Origin: Nageia nagi
Taxonomy: Eukaryota; Plantae; Pinophyta
Length of the DNA stretch: 64,000 bases
Direction of reading: 5' to 3'
NCBI GenBank assembly: GCA_050084985.1
Contig: JBITNC010000002.1
Coordinates: 12,276,001-12,340,000 of the forward strand
Within the stretch, counting starts at the first letter, position 1. Each line of letters opens with the position of its first letter. The notes under the pieces are model-generated. The model was not told where the DNA came from. It saw only the letters and a program-made list of their open reading frames with translations, and made no database searches. Made by a program: the position numbers and the translations under genes. Shown one piece after another: positions 1-14,268 of the stretch.

Positions 1-1409
1 TATTTTATTACCTAAAATCTTAGAGTTGAAGATAATATTGATGGTTGAAGCTAAAGAAAAATAAAATATAATATAATAATAAGACAAGAAATCATGATTA
101 AAAAACAATTAAAAAAATGATCTCATCTCTATGTACCTTCACACATTAAGTGATGTTTAACCTAAATACTTCACATTCTTATAAGGAAAATACTTAGTTT
201 GGAAGTTGTCATTATACTTCAATTTTTTTTCACAAAATGCAATAATATAATTAGCTCTCATTCATTGAAAATACCAACTAAAACTTCTATTTCAAGAATA
301 TAAATATGAATTTTTATTTGAGTAAAATTGTAGACATTCCTTTGATTAATTAAAATGCAACATTATCAGTGATGAATAAATATATCAAGTGTACATTGTT
401 CAAACTTAAGTTAGCATTATCATTACCAATTTATAATATATGGATTATCTTCTTCATATGAAATTTTTAAATACTTCTCAATGCAATATTTATTGAAATA
501 TTCAAACAAAGAAATAAAACTACTCTCCCTTTACAATAATCCATATATTAAAAAACTCTTAATGAAGCCTTTCAATGGTCCTAATTTGATTTAAATATTA
601 ACATTTATATTAAATGAAGTCATCAAAATAATTATTTATGTGCTTAGAAGCTTATAATGAAAATGTCCAATTAATCTTGTAGCTTATCAAACATTCTTAT
701 TTGTATACCAAATATATTCAATACCCATTTCCATATTCCTATGCTATTGGGCAATGTTTTCTCCCATTTTCAAATATGATACACCAATCTAGTATAATAA
801 ATTCTTTACTTAGGTTATTCTATATTAATATTTTCATATCTCTAATTAGCTAAATAAAAGATCCAAATAAGCCTATTATCCCATTCCTACTTTAAAATAA
901 TTATTTTTATGTTTTGATTTAAATATTTTCTCTTTATTAGGTTAATGATAGTTTTAATAAATTCTTCCTTCCAATGTAAATCTCATCATCATCATACTTG
1001 ATTATTGACCTTGTATAGAGAGACTATTTATGTCATACAATATGCTTAATGGATTCCATTGATATTATTCCAAGCTAAGCATTTATCACAACAAAAATAT
1101 CTTTCCAAAATATTATTTTACTTTTTCAACTCCCTTAACATAGCTTCACAACATCATACTCATGTTAATAGGTAATGAGAATAATTATAATGAAAATATC
1201 AAAATAAATATTGATAAAAATGAGAATTTGATAAAAATCAAAATGATTTCAAATGAAATAGTTCCATAAGTTTTATTCATAAAAACAAAATAAGTATATG
1301 AAATATTCTTATAATAAAAATCATTGGGGTGGGACTTTCATACTTTTAAGATGTCATGACTGATACCATTGATGTTGATCTCAGAAATGGAGAGCAACTA
1401 TCTTAAATT

Positions 1410-2515
1410 ATCATTGGTTAGTCATTTTCAAGGATCACATTTGAAGGGATGACTTAAAAGTTTTTTGAAGGGTAAATTTTAATGAAGTCCTTCTTGAATG
1501 AAGGTTTAAAAAATATCATACCCTTTATTTGAAATGTATATTTTTAATTAAGATACATATGCATATATATAAAAAATTACCTTTCTAAATTCTAATGGAT
1601 GTGATTTATCAACTTAATATCACCTACCAAATTTTCAAAAGAATATTTAAAAATAAATAATTAATAAGAAAACCAACATGAGTAGTTCCATATCCAAAAT
1701 AGGTAATATAGAAATTAAAATAGATTGTCCAAATGTCAAAATAGGTATTTCTAATATAAAAAATGAGCATATGCAAAATAAAAATATATAAACCTTACAA
1801 CAATATAAGTACATCTAAAATATGAAGTAGTAATGAATGAAAGGTCTAAAATCCTAAATAGATTCTTTAAGAGTTAAAGCAAGTATCTTTAAAGTTGAAA
1901 TAGATTCTCAAAACATGAAATGGGAATAAGAGAAGCCCCATCTTACTATACATGAGTGGAAGACATATTCAACCCAAAACCTTGTAATTCAACTACAAAA
2001 TTAATCTCCCTCAATCCCTCAACTAATTCATGTACAGCACCAATTATAATAAGATGAAACTAAGTCTCTATAAGAGGTAAAGCAATTTTTAAGGCATGGC
2101 CTCTATAAGCCTCTTACTATAAATCAAATGGGTTACACTTGCACTTGTAGAGACCAAGACCAAGTTGAGAGAAAAGGTGGTCACATTACTAAAGTTTCAA
2201 TGTGGTTATCACCCCCTCTGAGTAATTTTGAACCTAACTCAAATTAAGTTAGTGCCCATTTTGATTCTGACTCAGACATTGCTCTCTTATCTCTTACAAA
2301 GTCACATATCCATATGGAATATTTATTACACACATACATAATATTCAATATATAGATCGTATTAGTTTTTAACAGGCACTTTTCAACTTTATCCTTTTTA
2401 TGAAACTTAAATATCCATATTCCTTTATAAATGAAGGGCAAATTTAATAATTAATTTTTTTTATAGGTCAATTTTTTTATCACCCTTATTTGAAGGGAAA
2501 AATGACTTTTGCAAG
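1410..2515. mobile_element. Degenerate TIR-type insertion in the unit A promoter
   Basis: Absent from paralogues B and C; ends share a degraded inverted repeat (agtcatttt...aaggg / ccctt...aaaatgact). Boundaries approximate. Confidence 0.45.
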
Positions 2516-2719
2516 GCGTTGTAGGTTGCAAATTTGATCATAGGTTAGTATTACCTTTACATTATCAATTGACAACTTTTAAGTTGGAGTTTCCACTTTA
2601 CAAGTATACCTGACTCAGACTACTTAGACTTTTAGTGCTTATTGTAATTATCTAGAATTTTCTTCCTTTTAGTAACACATTCAAGATTTGATTAATCGCA
2701 TTTGCAAGTTAATTATATA

Positions 2720-3230
2720 GGGAATTGTCTAGCTAGAAAAATTTTCACCCCCTGAAAATTTGATAGATTATGATAGATTTCTAATAAGCTGAGAAATTTT
2801 TCTTGATGCAACAATTGATGCATATTTGCAAAACTAATATGCAAAAATAGTTTTGCAAATCTATCAATTATGAGTTAAATAAAAAATTTGAAAGCCATGT
2901 TGTTGAATGGAATGTTGGTGTAGTAGTTAGGACATTGAAATCTAGTTTTTATGACCTAGATTCAAATCATCAAAATGCCATTTTGAAAAACTTCATAAAT
3001 TTGTGTTTTTGGGAATCATTTTTTTTGTACATTTGTAAAACTAACCTATTTAAGCATATTTACAAAACTAACATGTGGAAATAGTTTTGTGAATCTACCT
3101 ATGCAAAATAGTCAAGAATATGTCCATTGAGGAAAAAAAGTAGTAAATGAAAAATGCACAAATGTGTCAAGAGTTGTAAAGCATGCCAGATTGTAAGGGG
3201 GGCAATAAGTCTCCTAGGTAGATGAATCCC
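2720..3230. mobile_element. MITE (GGG...CCC termini, Mutator/hAT-like) with internal tRNA-like A/B-box segment
   Basis: ~40-bp degenerate TIRs (gggaattgtctagctag...cccct vs aggggggc...ctaggtagatgaatccc); 8-bp TSD attatata/attctaca, with the empty site seen at 30581; tggtgtagtagtt...gattcaaatc at ~2915-2968. Confidence 0.7.
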
Positions 3231-3671
3231 ATTCTACAATACCTTTACCAACCCACACAAATCAATGAATGAATGTCTCCTTGATGATTCTAATCAACTC
3301 TTTAATATAGATACATGCTAAAATATCAAATACTTATTTTAGTTTGAGATTATATTAATTAAATATTAATAAAATAATAATTAAAAGTATAATTAAAAAA
3401 ACATTAAATTTTATAAAAAGTTTAATTTATGTGTTTTTATATTTATTCTTATTTTACATGCACTTGGTTACATGAAATGGATTTAGATATATAGATGGTA
3501 AAATACAAAGATAAAAGTACAGATAATGTTATTGTTGCTTTTTTGCATTTGTAGTTGTGTGATATACTATAAATTCTTATGAAGATATTGTTATAAAAAA
3601 TAATTACTTGTTTTATCATGTAGAATAATTTCTTATTAATAGTGTCTTGTTAAATTATTGTACTACATTAA

Positions 3672-3676
<5 letters not shown>

Positions 3677-3722
<46 letters not shown>
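3677..3722. repeat. (TA)n microsatellite
   Basis: Direct read. Confidence 0.95.
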
Positions 3723-3725
<3 letters not shown>

Positions 3726-4909
3726 TTTTTAAAAAATGTGTTCATACTATATTATTTTTTCTAAATAGAATTAATATTATATTTTTATACTATATGAATT
3801 GTATGTTAATTTATACATTTTTCTACTGATTTATTTATTTTTTTATTAATGGGTAATTTTGTATTAATAAAAAAATGTGAAGTTTATAAGGGTCTTCACC
3901 AACCTTTACAAAAGGATTATCGAGAGAACAATTTCTATGTGTTGCATTCTCCTTATTAGAACAAAAAACCACCTACCCAAAATAGTTCTATGAGTCTACT
4001 AAGACTAAGATACAATGGCAATCCATTAGGCATACAATTTTAAGTGCCTTTACATTAAATACTACACCTCCTCATGTAATTAGGAGAACAAAACTGAAAC
4101 TCTAGTAAAATGTAGAACAAAACATAGAGTATACTATCTAAAAGCTTCATAAAAAAAACTAAATCATTTCTTCATAGTTGAACTTGTAGAATCTGATGTA
4201 AGTCTTTCTGACCAGGATCTCTTCAAGCCCAAGGTGCTTCCCAACCTCTTCATACTTCTCATTTTTTGCTCCTCTTTTGAGTTTGGCCTCTTTGACTATC
4301 TCCTTGTGTAGTGTAGGGCTCATAGCTTTCTTGAAGCCTATTGAGGTCTTTTTACTTGTTATTTCTAGGATGTCTAACCCTAACTCTGTGGTTGATTTAC
4401 CTTTGGTCTAGTCAAAAACTTGGTTAGTAATGTCTTTAGTCTTCTTCTTTTCTTAGGTCATTAAAAGGTCTTAGTCCATGCCCTTGAGAGTCTCACCAAT
4501 ATTTCTTATCTTAAACTATGGAGGGGGATTTTTCTCTTCCAATTTTGCTACTTGAAATCTTGAAAAAAATACTGCATTTTGCTCTAAATTCACTTCCTCT
4601 TGTATAGCATACCTGATTATCGGAGAGGATAGATCTCTTAGCCTTTGATATCACCTTATTGGATTTATCATGCCTCCACTTTTGGCTGGGTTGGCTTCTA
4701 GATACACTTGTTGGCTATTTATCTGAGACTGCTATTCTGGGCCTACTAGCTTTGATCCATCATAAGTGAAATTGCTGCATTCTCTTGGAGCTCCCTCTCT
4801 ACTTCTATTCATCGAAGAAAAACTACTTTCCTCTAAAGCATAGAGGAGTGCTAATTGATGTATGGCATTTAATGGGCTCTCTTGAGGTTCATTAGTCAAA
4901 GGATTGGGA

Positions 4910-6011
4910 GGGTAAGTGCTAGAAGATAGGTCCATTTGAAGTGGACATTTCATACTTAGAAAAAAAGTGGCCTAAAACAAAATTTCACTACATAAAATGA
5001 AATTTTGGTCTTTAACAATTGAAATTTCATTTTGAAACAAAATTTTGTTGTATTCTCATGTGAAAACGAAATGATTTTGTCATTTCAAAATGAAATTTCA
5101 TTTCAATTTTAACATAAAAAAATAACAAATTTTTATTTTCAAATGAAATTTCATTATTTGAATTTAGGTGCAGGTTTAGGCTTGGGAAAGGCTTAGTGGG
5201 CCAAGTCTTAGCCTTGGACCTACAACTTCTTGTCATGGCAATCGAAGTGACACATCATGACTTTCAATGGATTTTTAATCAAGTTTTCTAAGAAGTTTTT
5301 TCATGAAATTAAAACCATTTAAGATCAAAGCATGTAGATTATAAATATATATATTTTTTACAATTTGATTATATTTTATATTTTTAAATTAATTTTCAAT
5401 GAAAATGACCCTTAAACATGAAAAATTAGTTTCTATTACTTTTTTAATAACTTTTTTTTGAATAAATTATGAAAAAAATTATATTTTCATAATCTATAGA
5501 CAATTCTGTATTAAATAAAAAAAAGTTTTGAAAAAAGAATTAGTTTAGGTCAAATTATGCATGTTGGAGATTGGTACTTTTCAAAATAATAATTAGGACT
5601 AGTAAAAAATTAATAAGAAAAATAAATTCATTAAAAAATTATGAAAAAATATCCTTCATAATATTCAATGTATTAGGTATGTTTTTTCAAAAGGATTTTA
5701 AAAAATATTATATTTTAGGTCAAAATATATGCTTACCATATAAGAGCATGGTATGGTCATCAAAAAGTGCATTTTAAACAGTAGCTTTTAGAAGTGCCTA
5801 TCATAAATAATTTCCTATTAATTGAGTATTATAATAAATTACATATTTTAAAACTACACTCCAAGAACTACATTTTGACCTCAGTGATAGTTTTCAAGAT
5901 TCCATCTCTAAGGGATTCAAAAGTTGAGATCAATTATGACCAACCCTAAAAATAAAAAAAAACACGTATACTTTGTGGCCATTTCATGGACCCATCTTCT
6001 TGCAATTACCC
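4910..6011 (-). mobile_element. Non-autonomous TIR DNA transposon, family GGGTCAGTGCAAGAAG (copy 1)
   Basis: TIRs GGGTAAGTGCTAGAAGATAGGTCCAT vs revcomp GGGTAATTGCAAGAAGATGGGTCCAT (23/26); body homologous to 18797-19440 and 34653-35680. Confidence 0.8.
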
Positions 6012-6640
6012 AACACTCTCCTCCCTTTTGGGAGGTTCAACACACTCCATATCCTCAAGTAAATGTGTCTAATCTTGTTGATATCTATCAACATTTTCTT
6101 CTTTTGGTTTTAATTCTATTTTGTTTCCTACTACTAGAACCTCATCATTTGACATGTCCTCCTCCAAAATAAATTTTCCTTTTAATCTATTTCTCCTTCT
6201 TGATTCCTCCTTTTTAAGCAAACTAGAGATTGGCCTATTTTCCATGCTTTTCAAATATTTGACTTTGACTTATAAATGTCCCTTGTGCTTGCATAGGATC
6301 TTCCTTCTTTTGAGGGCTACAATCTCCTTCTCTTTCATGTTCTTAATACTTCTTATCCCTCCTTTCATCCCCCATGTAGCTCCAATTGTCATGAGGGTAT
6401 CAACTACCTCAATGTCCTCTTAGGACTCACTTTATGATGAATCTTCATTTTCTATCAATCAGGGGGACTCGCTAGTGGAGGTCTCCTTTTTTCATCACTT
6501 TATTCTCAATGCTTTCAAGGCTTTTTCTATGTTGTTTCATTAGATAGGGGCCTATGCTTGGGATTTGTATCAATTCTTTAGCTTTCTGACTATTGTTTCC
6601 ATGTGTTCTACCCTTGTTTGAGACTTTTCCTACTATCTTA

Positions 6641-7111
6641 TGAGAGAGTTGAACTATAAAATAAGCAACTCTAAACTACCAAGATCACATGAAAGCTCAC
6701 AAATCACAAAGATAACTCAAGATATAAGTGGTTCCTCCAACTAGGAGTACATCCACTAACTAAATATCACTTCATTCATAAATATGAAATCTTAAAAATC
6801 TCCTAATCTCATATCCTAGACACTATCCTATAGCATAAATTTACTCCACAAATTGGTGTATGATAACAAAGAGGGAGCCTTCTATTTATAGGCCAAAATC
6901 CCTCTTTAGATCACCCTTTTACCTAATGTACAAAGGCATGACATGCACTCCCTTTTACCCAAGGGGGATGCTCATGACATGGAGTGTAGGATAAGTTACA
7001 TTATCATATTCACTTAAATACTTAAGGTATTTAATGATACCCTTAAGTATTAGTGAATTTACAAAAAGGATTAATACAAACCTTTACAATAATGCATTAT
7101 ACATTCCAACA
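6641..7111 (-). repeat. 3' LTR of Copia
   Basis: Direct repeat of 14701-15170; adjacent PPT (ctccccttg on +). Confidence 0.95.
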
Positions 7112-7829
7112 CTCCCCTTGAATGCAATATTGGGATAGAGTGAATAAAAGAGAAGAAGAAGAGAAAGTAAGAGAGTTATCCTCCAAATAGATACAGCCAG
7201 AGATGAGAACTTTTTACATACTTGAGAAGTAAGCAAGATCTAGTTTGAGACTCACTACTTTGCTAAATACAATCATTAACTATAATCAATTTCAATGTAC
7301 ATGAAGTAGTCATCCAACTAAAAGTCATGAAGAGTCTCCAAGAGTTTGCATACCCAAAGTAAGTAACCTGTAATCTCAAAGGAACCTATAGGCTATAAGC
7401 AGGTCAAATAACAAGATCAATTAGATGCAACATATTTATATTAACAAGGATAGATGAATCACACAAATGCCATCAAGAGATGATCAATGGTGTACTATAA
7501 GTCATCATGAAGATGCCAAGCCAAAACTCATAGTCACCTACTGTATATAAAATATGTGTTGATTATCATTACAAAATAGAGCATACACATACAAGTTCCT
7601 CACATATGGATAAATGAATAGTGCCAAAATACACATAAGAGTTCCTCACACATTGATAACTAAATAGTGCTAGATTGGCCAATCGGTTTTGCTCTAAAAA
7701 TTTATACAATAAATTTCACATAGAGCAAACTTACCAAGAAGGTGTACAACAAAATCAACACTATACAACACAAAATCTTCTTAGGGGTGAAGTTGTCATC
7801 ACAAACATGAATTCAACACAAGAATTCAA

Positions 7830-10800
7830 ATTTCACTCCCCCTTGAGGGTAACTTCACCAACCTGATAACATCCTTAAGCTTACAGAACTAAGATTTTGA
7901 AAGGGTCTTGGTGAACAAATTAGTGGAGTTCAAGGTGGATGGACAATACTCCAAGTGTATGATGCCATCATGAACCTTCTACCTAATAAAATGGGCTTGG
8001 TTTTTCATATGTTTTGTTCTTTGATGGAACACAAGATTCTTATCTAAAGAAATAGCCAACTGATTATTTGAAGAAATCAAAGATGAGAAAGCTTGCTCAT
8101 TCCCAATTTCTTTCAGAAGATGCCTTAGCCAAATAGATTCCTAGGTTGCAATAGACATGGCACAGTATTTGGCTTCTATGGTGGAAAGAGAAATAATAGG
8201 TTGCTTCTTAAAAGCCCAGGAGATAGCACCTAAACCAATGCTAAAAACATACATAGAGGTTGATTTTTTATCATCTCTATCTCTCCCATAATCAAAATCT
8301 AAGAACCCTGAGAGGATAAATGAGGTCAACTTAGAATACTTGAGAGCAAGATCCTTCATTCTTGCAACATACCTCAAGATTTGTTTAACAACATTGAGGT
8401 GCTCAACATATAGTTTTTGCATGAATCATGCCATCAAATTCACTGCAAAGGTAATATCTGGCTTGGAAATAGTCAAATATAAAAGACTACCAATTAATTA
8501 CTTGTAAGCTATAGCATCAGCCAATTGAGAATTGGAGCTTAAAAAAATAGTAATTCCAAGAGAGACTAGAATCGTAACATATCTACACTCCTCCATTTCA
8601 AACTTCTACAAGATGTTTGATATATACTTATATTAACTAAGATAAGTACAATTCTTGTATTGATACACTTGCATTCCAAGATAGTAGTGCAAGAGACCAA
8701 GATTAGTCATTTCAAATGTTATCTTAAGTTTGGATATGCACTTTTGAATGATTTTTTCATTATTTCCAATTATCAGAAGATCATCCACATAAAGGAGAAT
8801 CAAGAACACATCTTTTCCTTAATTAAGCACATATAAATTAGAGTAAGAAAAACACTAGGAGAATCTATTGTCTACAAAGAATCATAAAATCTTCTTGTAC
8901 CAAGATTTAGGTGCTTGCTTAAGTCCATACAATGACTTCTTTAGCTTGCACACAAAGGACTCTTTGCCTTCCATAATAAACCCTTCTGGTTGATTCATAA
9001 AGATTTTCACATCTAAGTCACTATTGAGAAATGCACTCTTGACGTTAAGTTGAAAAACTTTCCATCCTTAAGCTATAAAAAGAGCAAGGATAATTCTAAT
9101 AGTAGGCATCTTTTGCCATAGGAGCAAAGGTTTCTTTATAATCTACATTGTATTTTTGAGCAAAACCTTTGGATACTAACCTTGCCTTGAATTTTTCAAT
9201 ATCCCTAATAGAATTATTCTTGATCATTGTAGATCCACATATTACCAATTATTTTTCATAAGCATCTCACATTCCATTTTCATACCTTCCAACTGGCACT
9301 TGTGCTTTGAAGCTTCTTTAAAGGTTGAGGGCTCATGCTTGTTGTCAGTCTTGGAAAATAAGGATTTGTTCAAGTTCATGCTCCTTATTACCCTTTGAGT
9401 TGGAGAGTTTTTTTCATGAGATGACTTGTCTACATCAATATCTAACTAGTTAGGTGCAACTGAAGACTCCTCTGGATCATCCATATCCTCATTAGAAATA
9501 AATTCTTTAAGAAGTTCATTGAACTTGACATCTCTTGAAATGAACACTACTTTATAGGATGGAGAGTAGAGCTTGTAGCCTCTATGCTGATTGATATAAC
9601 CCACAAAGATGTATTTTTCAACCTTTTTGTCTAACTTCTTCCTTTTCTTAAAAATAATGTAGGAGAATGCTTCACAACCAAACACCCTAAGGTGTAAAAT
9701 GTTAGGTTTTCTTTTTGACCATACCTCAAAAGGAGGTTTACTCTGAATAACTTTTATGGGAAACCTATTCAAGGTGTAAATAGCAGTGCTCATAGCTTCA
9801 CCCCATAAGAAACTAGGAAGATTACCCAACATGTGTCTAGTTACCTTCATAAATATCCTATTTTTCTTTTCGAAAACACCATTTCACTAAGGAGTGTAAG
9901 GAATTGTAAACTACCTCTTGATTCTATACTTAGCACAATAGTCATTGAACTCATTACTGTTATATTCTCCCCATTATCTAATCTCAACATCTTGATTTTA
10001 AGGTTAGTTTGATTCTCAATAAAGGCCTTAAAAATATTAAAAATCTCAAAGGTTTGATCCTTGTGCTCAAGTAGATACCTAAAGATCATTCTACTAAAGT
10101 CATCAATGAAGGTCAAGATGTAAGATGCTCCTTCAAGTGACTTAGTTTGAAATGGACCCATTAAATCTGAATGCATAAGTTGAAGAGGTTGAGATGCTCT
10201 TATTGCCTTATTTTTTTCAAACTTTTATCTATGCATCTTGCCAAGAATGCACTTCTTACATAAACCAATTGAAGAAGAAATTAAAGGCAAACCTTCCACA
10301 AGTTCTTGGTATTTCATGACATGAATACTCTTATGGTTAAGGTGCCCTAAACGATGGTGACAAAGATTGCCTCTAGAACACACATTTGTAGCAAGACTTA
10401 TCTTTGATGAAACTTGATACATAATGTAGAAATCATCTTTCATTAACTTTATAACCAATGTGACAAGTTCATTCTTAATGCACTAAGATTGAGAGTCGAA
10501 TTAAAATGAGTACCCTTTCCTTGCAACTTGGATCATTGAGAGAAAGTTCATCCTAAGCTTAGGAACATAGAGTATATTTTCAAGAACCTTCCCGTGAATC
10601 AACACACTTCCAATGCTTTTGAACTTCAAGGATAGAGTTATCACCTATCACAACAACATCTTTTCTATACTTGTGAAAGTTCTCAAATTTTTTCTTTTCA
10701 AAACATAGGTGATTAATGTAACCAGATTCAATAATCCAATTAGATGAAAAATAGTAAGACATGGAGTAAAGCATCGTAGCAAAAATAGCTTGAATATTCT

Positions 10801-11731
10801 TCTTTTCTTTTAAGTTCTTTACAGTTTCATTACCTTTGTTCTTTTTCTCTCTTTTCTTTTTGTAGAAATCAATTTCTTTGTGACCTTAGATGCCATAATA
10901 GTTACAATTACCATCAAACTTTACCTTAGGATTTGGATTGTTTGCTTTGCATTTTCCATCTCTTTGCTTGAAGAAGTTGTTGTTACTATTGTTCTTGTTC
11001 CTATTGTTGCCATTATTCCTACTGTTGTTGTTGCTTTTGACTCTTTTTTCAAACCTTTTAAAGGAAAAAATATAAGACTTCTTTTTATGGTTGAGCTTCT
11101 TCTTGAAAGGAGTTTTGATTGCTCCAAGAGCAATGTTATTACCTTTAGGAGAAGAAATCAACACCTTTTTATTAAGGGTTTCCTCATGCTTCAAAATAAG
11201 CCTAGAAAGGTTCTCAAGGGACAAGACTTCTTCTTCATCATCAAACCTTGTTTCCATAACTATCACAAAGTTACCAAACTTTGAAGAATGATGAAGATCA
11301 TGAACTCATCATTGATCCAATTGCACCCACAAGCAACAAGTTGTGTTCTAAGGTTAATGATTTTATTCAAGTAGTTAAAAATATTTTCATCTTCCCCTTA
11401 ACAAGATTGAATACTTTTGAAGAATAGTAAATCTTCTTGAAAACTTAGATTCAAGGTAGATTTACTTAAGCTTATCCCAAAATTCCTTTGCTGAGGTTAA
11501 AGAGGAAATCATTAGGAGCACATCATCTGAAATTGCATGGAAGATCATGGAGGTTTCCAACTCATCCTTCATGTTGTAAGCCTCAAGTGCCTTCTTATTT
11601 GTAGGAGGTACAAGGTTCTTATTCATTGTTTGTCAAAGCTTATTTGCTTGCAATTCAACTCTCATCCAAGGTTCCCAAATACCAAAGTTGGAACCGTCAA
11701 AAATGTGTTTGGGTAAAAAAGAGTCTACCAT
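7830..11731 (-). pseudogene. Copia gag-pol, frameshifted and containing stops
   Basis: Gag N-terminus FDGSNFGIWEPWMRVEL; protease region WIIESG; integrase HHRLGH...CKKC and YILTFIDDFSR, GYKLY; RT LYVDDLL at ~8772-8793; RNase H GAISWAFKKQ..LSTIEAKY. Confidence 0.93.
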
Positions 11732-14163
11732 TTGTTACATAATAATGTGAAAAAATAATAAGCATGTGGTTCAATAAACAACATTATATGTTAAGTTTTA
11801 ACCAAGTAGATAATACATGTTAAATTTAACACTAGAGACATGCTTGATTTGATTCACAAGTGTAAATATTTTACAATTCAAATAATAACCCATGTACCCA
11901 AATACATTTCTCATCCCCAAGAACTATAGATGTATAGTGACATTATTAAGGCTTATTTTCTTATCTAAAATTAGGCTTTCACCTAGATGCCCACACAAGA
12001 GGAGCCAAAGTACTACCAATCCTTAACCAGTTTACCTTGGTCATTATTATACTTTCTCACAAGGAGAAGTACCTACTATTTTCCAAGTTTATGATGTTTA
12101 TTGGATCGACCAAATTATTAACCTTAATTAGGTTTCAAGTTATCCTCCTAGGTTATCAAGATAATCTCTGAATTGACATATGAACATGTGGTATCACTAA
12201 ACACATGCCTATCCACCTATTGGAGTTATTTCCATACCAACAAAGGCATTAGATGCAATTGAAAAGTACAAACTTTTCACCATTTGGATCATAAAACTTA
12301 AAGGTTCCAATCTACCTATCCTCACCTCATGGCTCCCTAAACAAGTCATGTTGCAGAATATACATGTAGATGTGTTCATTTTAGAGGGGTTGCTCATATC
12401 AATGTTTGTGTTTTTATTTGCATAAGCAAATAAATCAAAGTGCAAAACATGAAGTAAAAAGCATAAAAAACATCATCCATTCATAACTTGGAACCTAAGA
12501 GTCTAATGGGTTTTTTTTACTAACCCCTAAAGGACATCTTTACATCATTCTTTATTTTGCATAAGTTAATTTTGCATAGAAAAAGGATAAATACTTAAGC
12601 ATAGGCATGCATCAATCCCATTACTTAAAAAAAATTAAGTATGCATCCTTAAAAGAAATAAGCATGCACCATTAACTTAGTAAGTAATAAGCATGCATCA
12701 AATTAAGTTCACTTTGGACAAGGATAGACATGTAATATCTAGATAAATATTTAAGTAAAGTTTATACAAATTCCCCCTCTTTTACTTAAAAAAATTTATC
12801 CCCTAAAGATAGCATACTAGTTTTACCTTAGAAATTTAACTAAGGAAAGAAAACTACTTGTATGTTAAAAAGTTATCTCCTAAGTATTGATCCATTCTAA
12901 TATTTTTAAGTAAATACAAAACAATTTTCTTTTGTACTTAAAAATGGCATTGCTAAATTAAAAATAGCACCCCCCTCCCTTTTTTTTTATAAAGCTTTTA
13001 GGCAACAAGGAATTGTTAATAGATACTTAAGTAAAAAAAAATTATCTTAATAAAAAAGTGTCATGCTTACACTAATACTTATCTTTTTGAATAGCCATAC
13101 TTAGAAGTATTTATCAAAACAAAAAAATAAATTATACTCTTAAAGAATTACCTTTATATTTGCCACATTTTTCTAAAAAAGAAGGAGAGCATTTAAGAGT
13201 AATGAGTATTAAAAAATTATTCACCTTTCAAGCATTAATTTAAAAAAAAAGATTACTTGTAAGGCATTAAAGGCTTAGGAGTAACCCTTACTCTACTTAA
13301 TGCATTTAATATGACATATAAGCCCCGCACTCTACTTGGATGTATTAAATTTAATACTTCTTTTGTAGTTTACTCCACTCATTAGTCTAATTTAAGGCAA
13401 GTCATGATGAAAAAAAAACTTTCTTGTAAAAAAACAAAACCTAGTTAATACCTCAAAGAAAAAATGCAACCACCAAAGTTCTTAAAGAAAAAGGTAAATG
13501 TGAAAAAAATAATGGGATTAAAAAAATGTAGGTTGTGCTACGAGGTTGTGCTATGACAAAGCAGCTGCATGCAGGAGGTAGAACTATCACCATGGAGGAG
13601 ATATCATGGCTAGGAGAGGGCTGGAGGAGAAAATAATGAGGGTTTAATCAAGGGTTTATTACACATAGAGCCATGGGGAGAAGATACAACATGAGAGAGA
13701 GAGGGATGCAAAGGAGGCAGGCATGCTATAGTCTCTAAAAGGCTATGCACGAGAGGAGAAGATGGAGGGAGAAGATGAATCAAACATCTCTTAGTTAGTA
13801 GTCAAGGGCCCACCAAATGAATACTACCATCCACACTAAGAGGGTGATGTCTCCACAACAAAAAACTTCAAAAAAAAAGTCAGCAGTCAAGGGCCCACTA
13901 GACTCTAGTTGGAGAGAGGGCGATGAGAAAGTGAAGTAGCTCCTCCCCTCTACCACTAGCTTCATGACTCCTCCCCTCCATTGCTAGGAGTTAGCCACAA
14001 AAAAAAAAATTTGAATGAATATTTTGATTAGAGAATAACATGGCCTCATAGGCTACAGCCAGTCAAAGTTGAATTTGATTGAATATACAATTTTTTTTTG
14101 TAATATTACAAACATATGTAATATCTTAAGGTACTATTACATACATTTTACTAGAGCTTGCCC

Positions 14164-14167
14164 CTTT

Positions 14168-14210
<43 letters not shown>

Positions 14211-14217
14211 ATATATA

Positions 14218-14267
<50 letters not shown>

Positions 14268-14268
14268 G
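14164..14268. repeat. Inverted microsatellite (AC)n - spacer - (GT)n
   Basis: AC run 14172-14208, AT spacer, GT run 14221-14264; flanks ctttac/gtaaag are also complementary. Confidence 0.95.

Larger units (their letters stand above)
1..3660 (+). repeat. Paralogous unit A of the MIR529 locus (hairpin deleted), continuing at ~16820-17620
   Basis: By-eye collinear homology: 1-50 with 53281-53330; ~250-1400 with 29180-30400; 2520-2715 with 30420-30580; 3231-3289 with 30581-30637; 3290-3650 with 31217-31445. Confidence 0.85.

Noticed and set aside
2895-2980. tRNA gene
   Set aside because: Only A/B-box remnants with no full cloverleaf; lies inside a MITE
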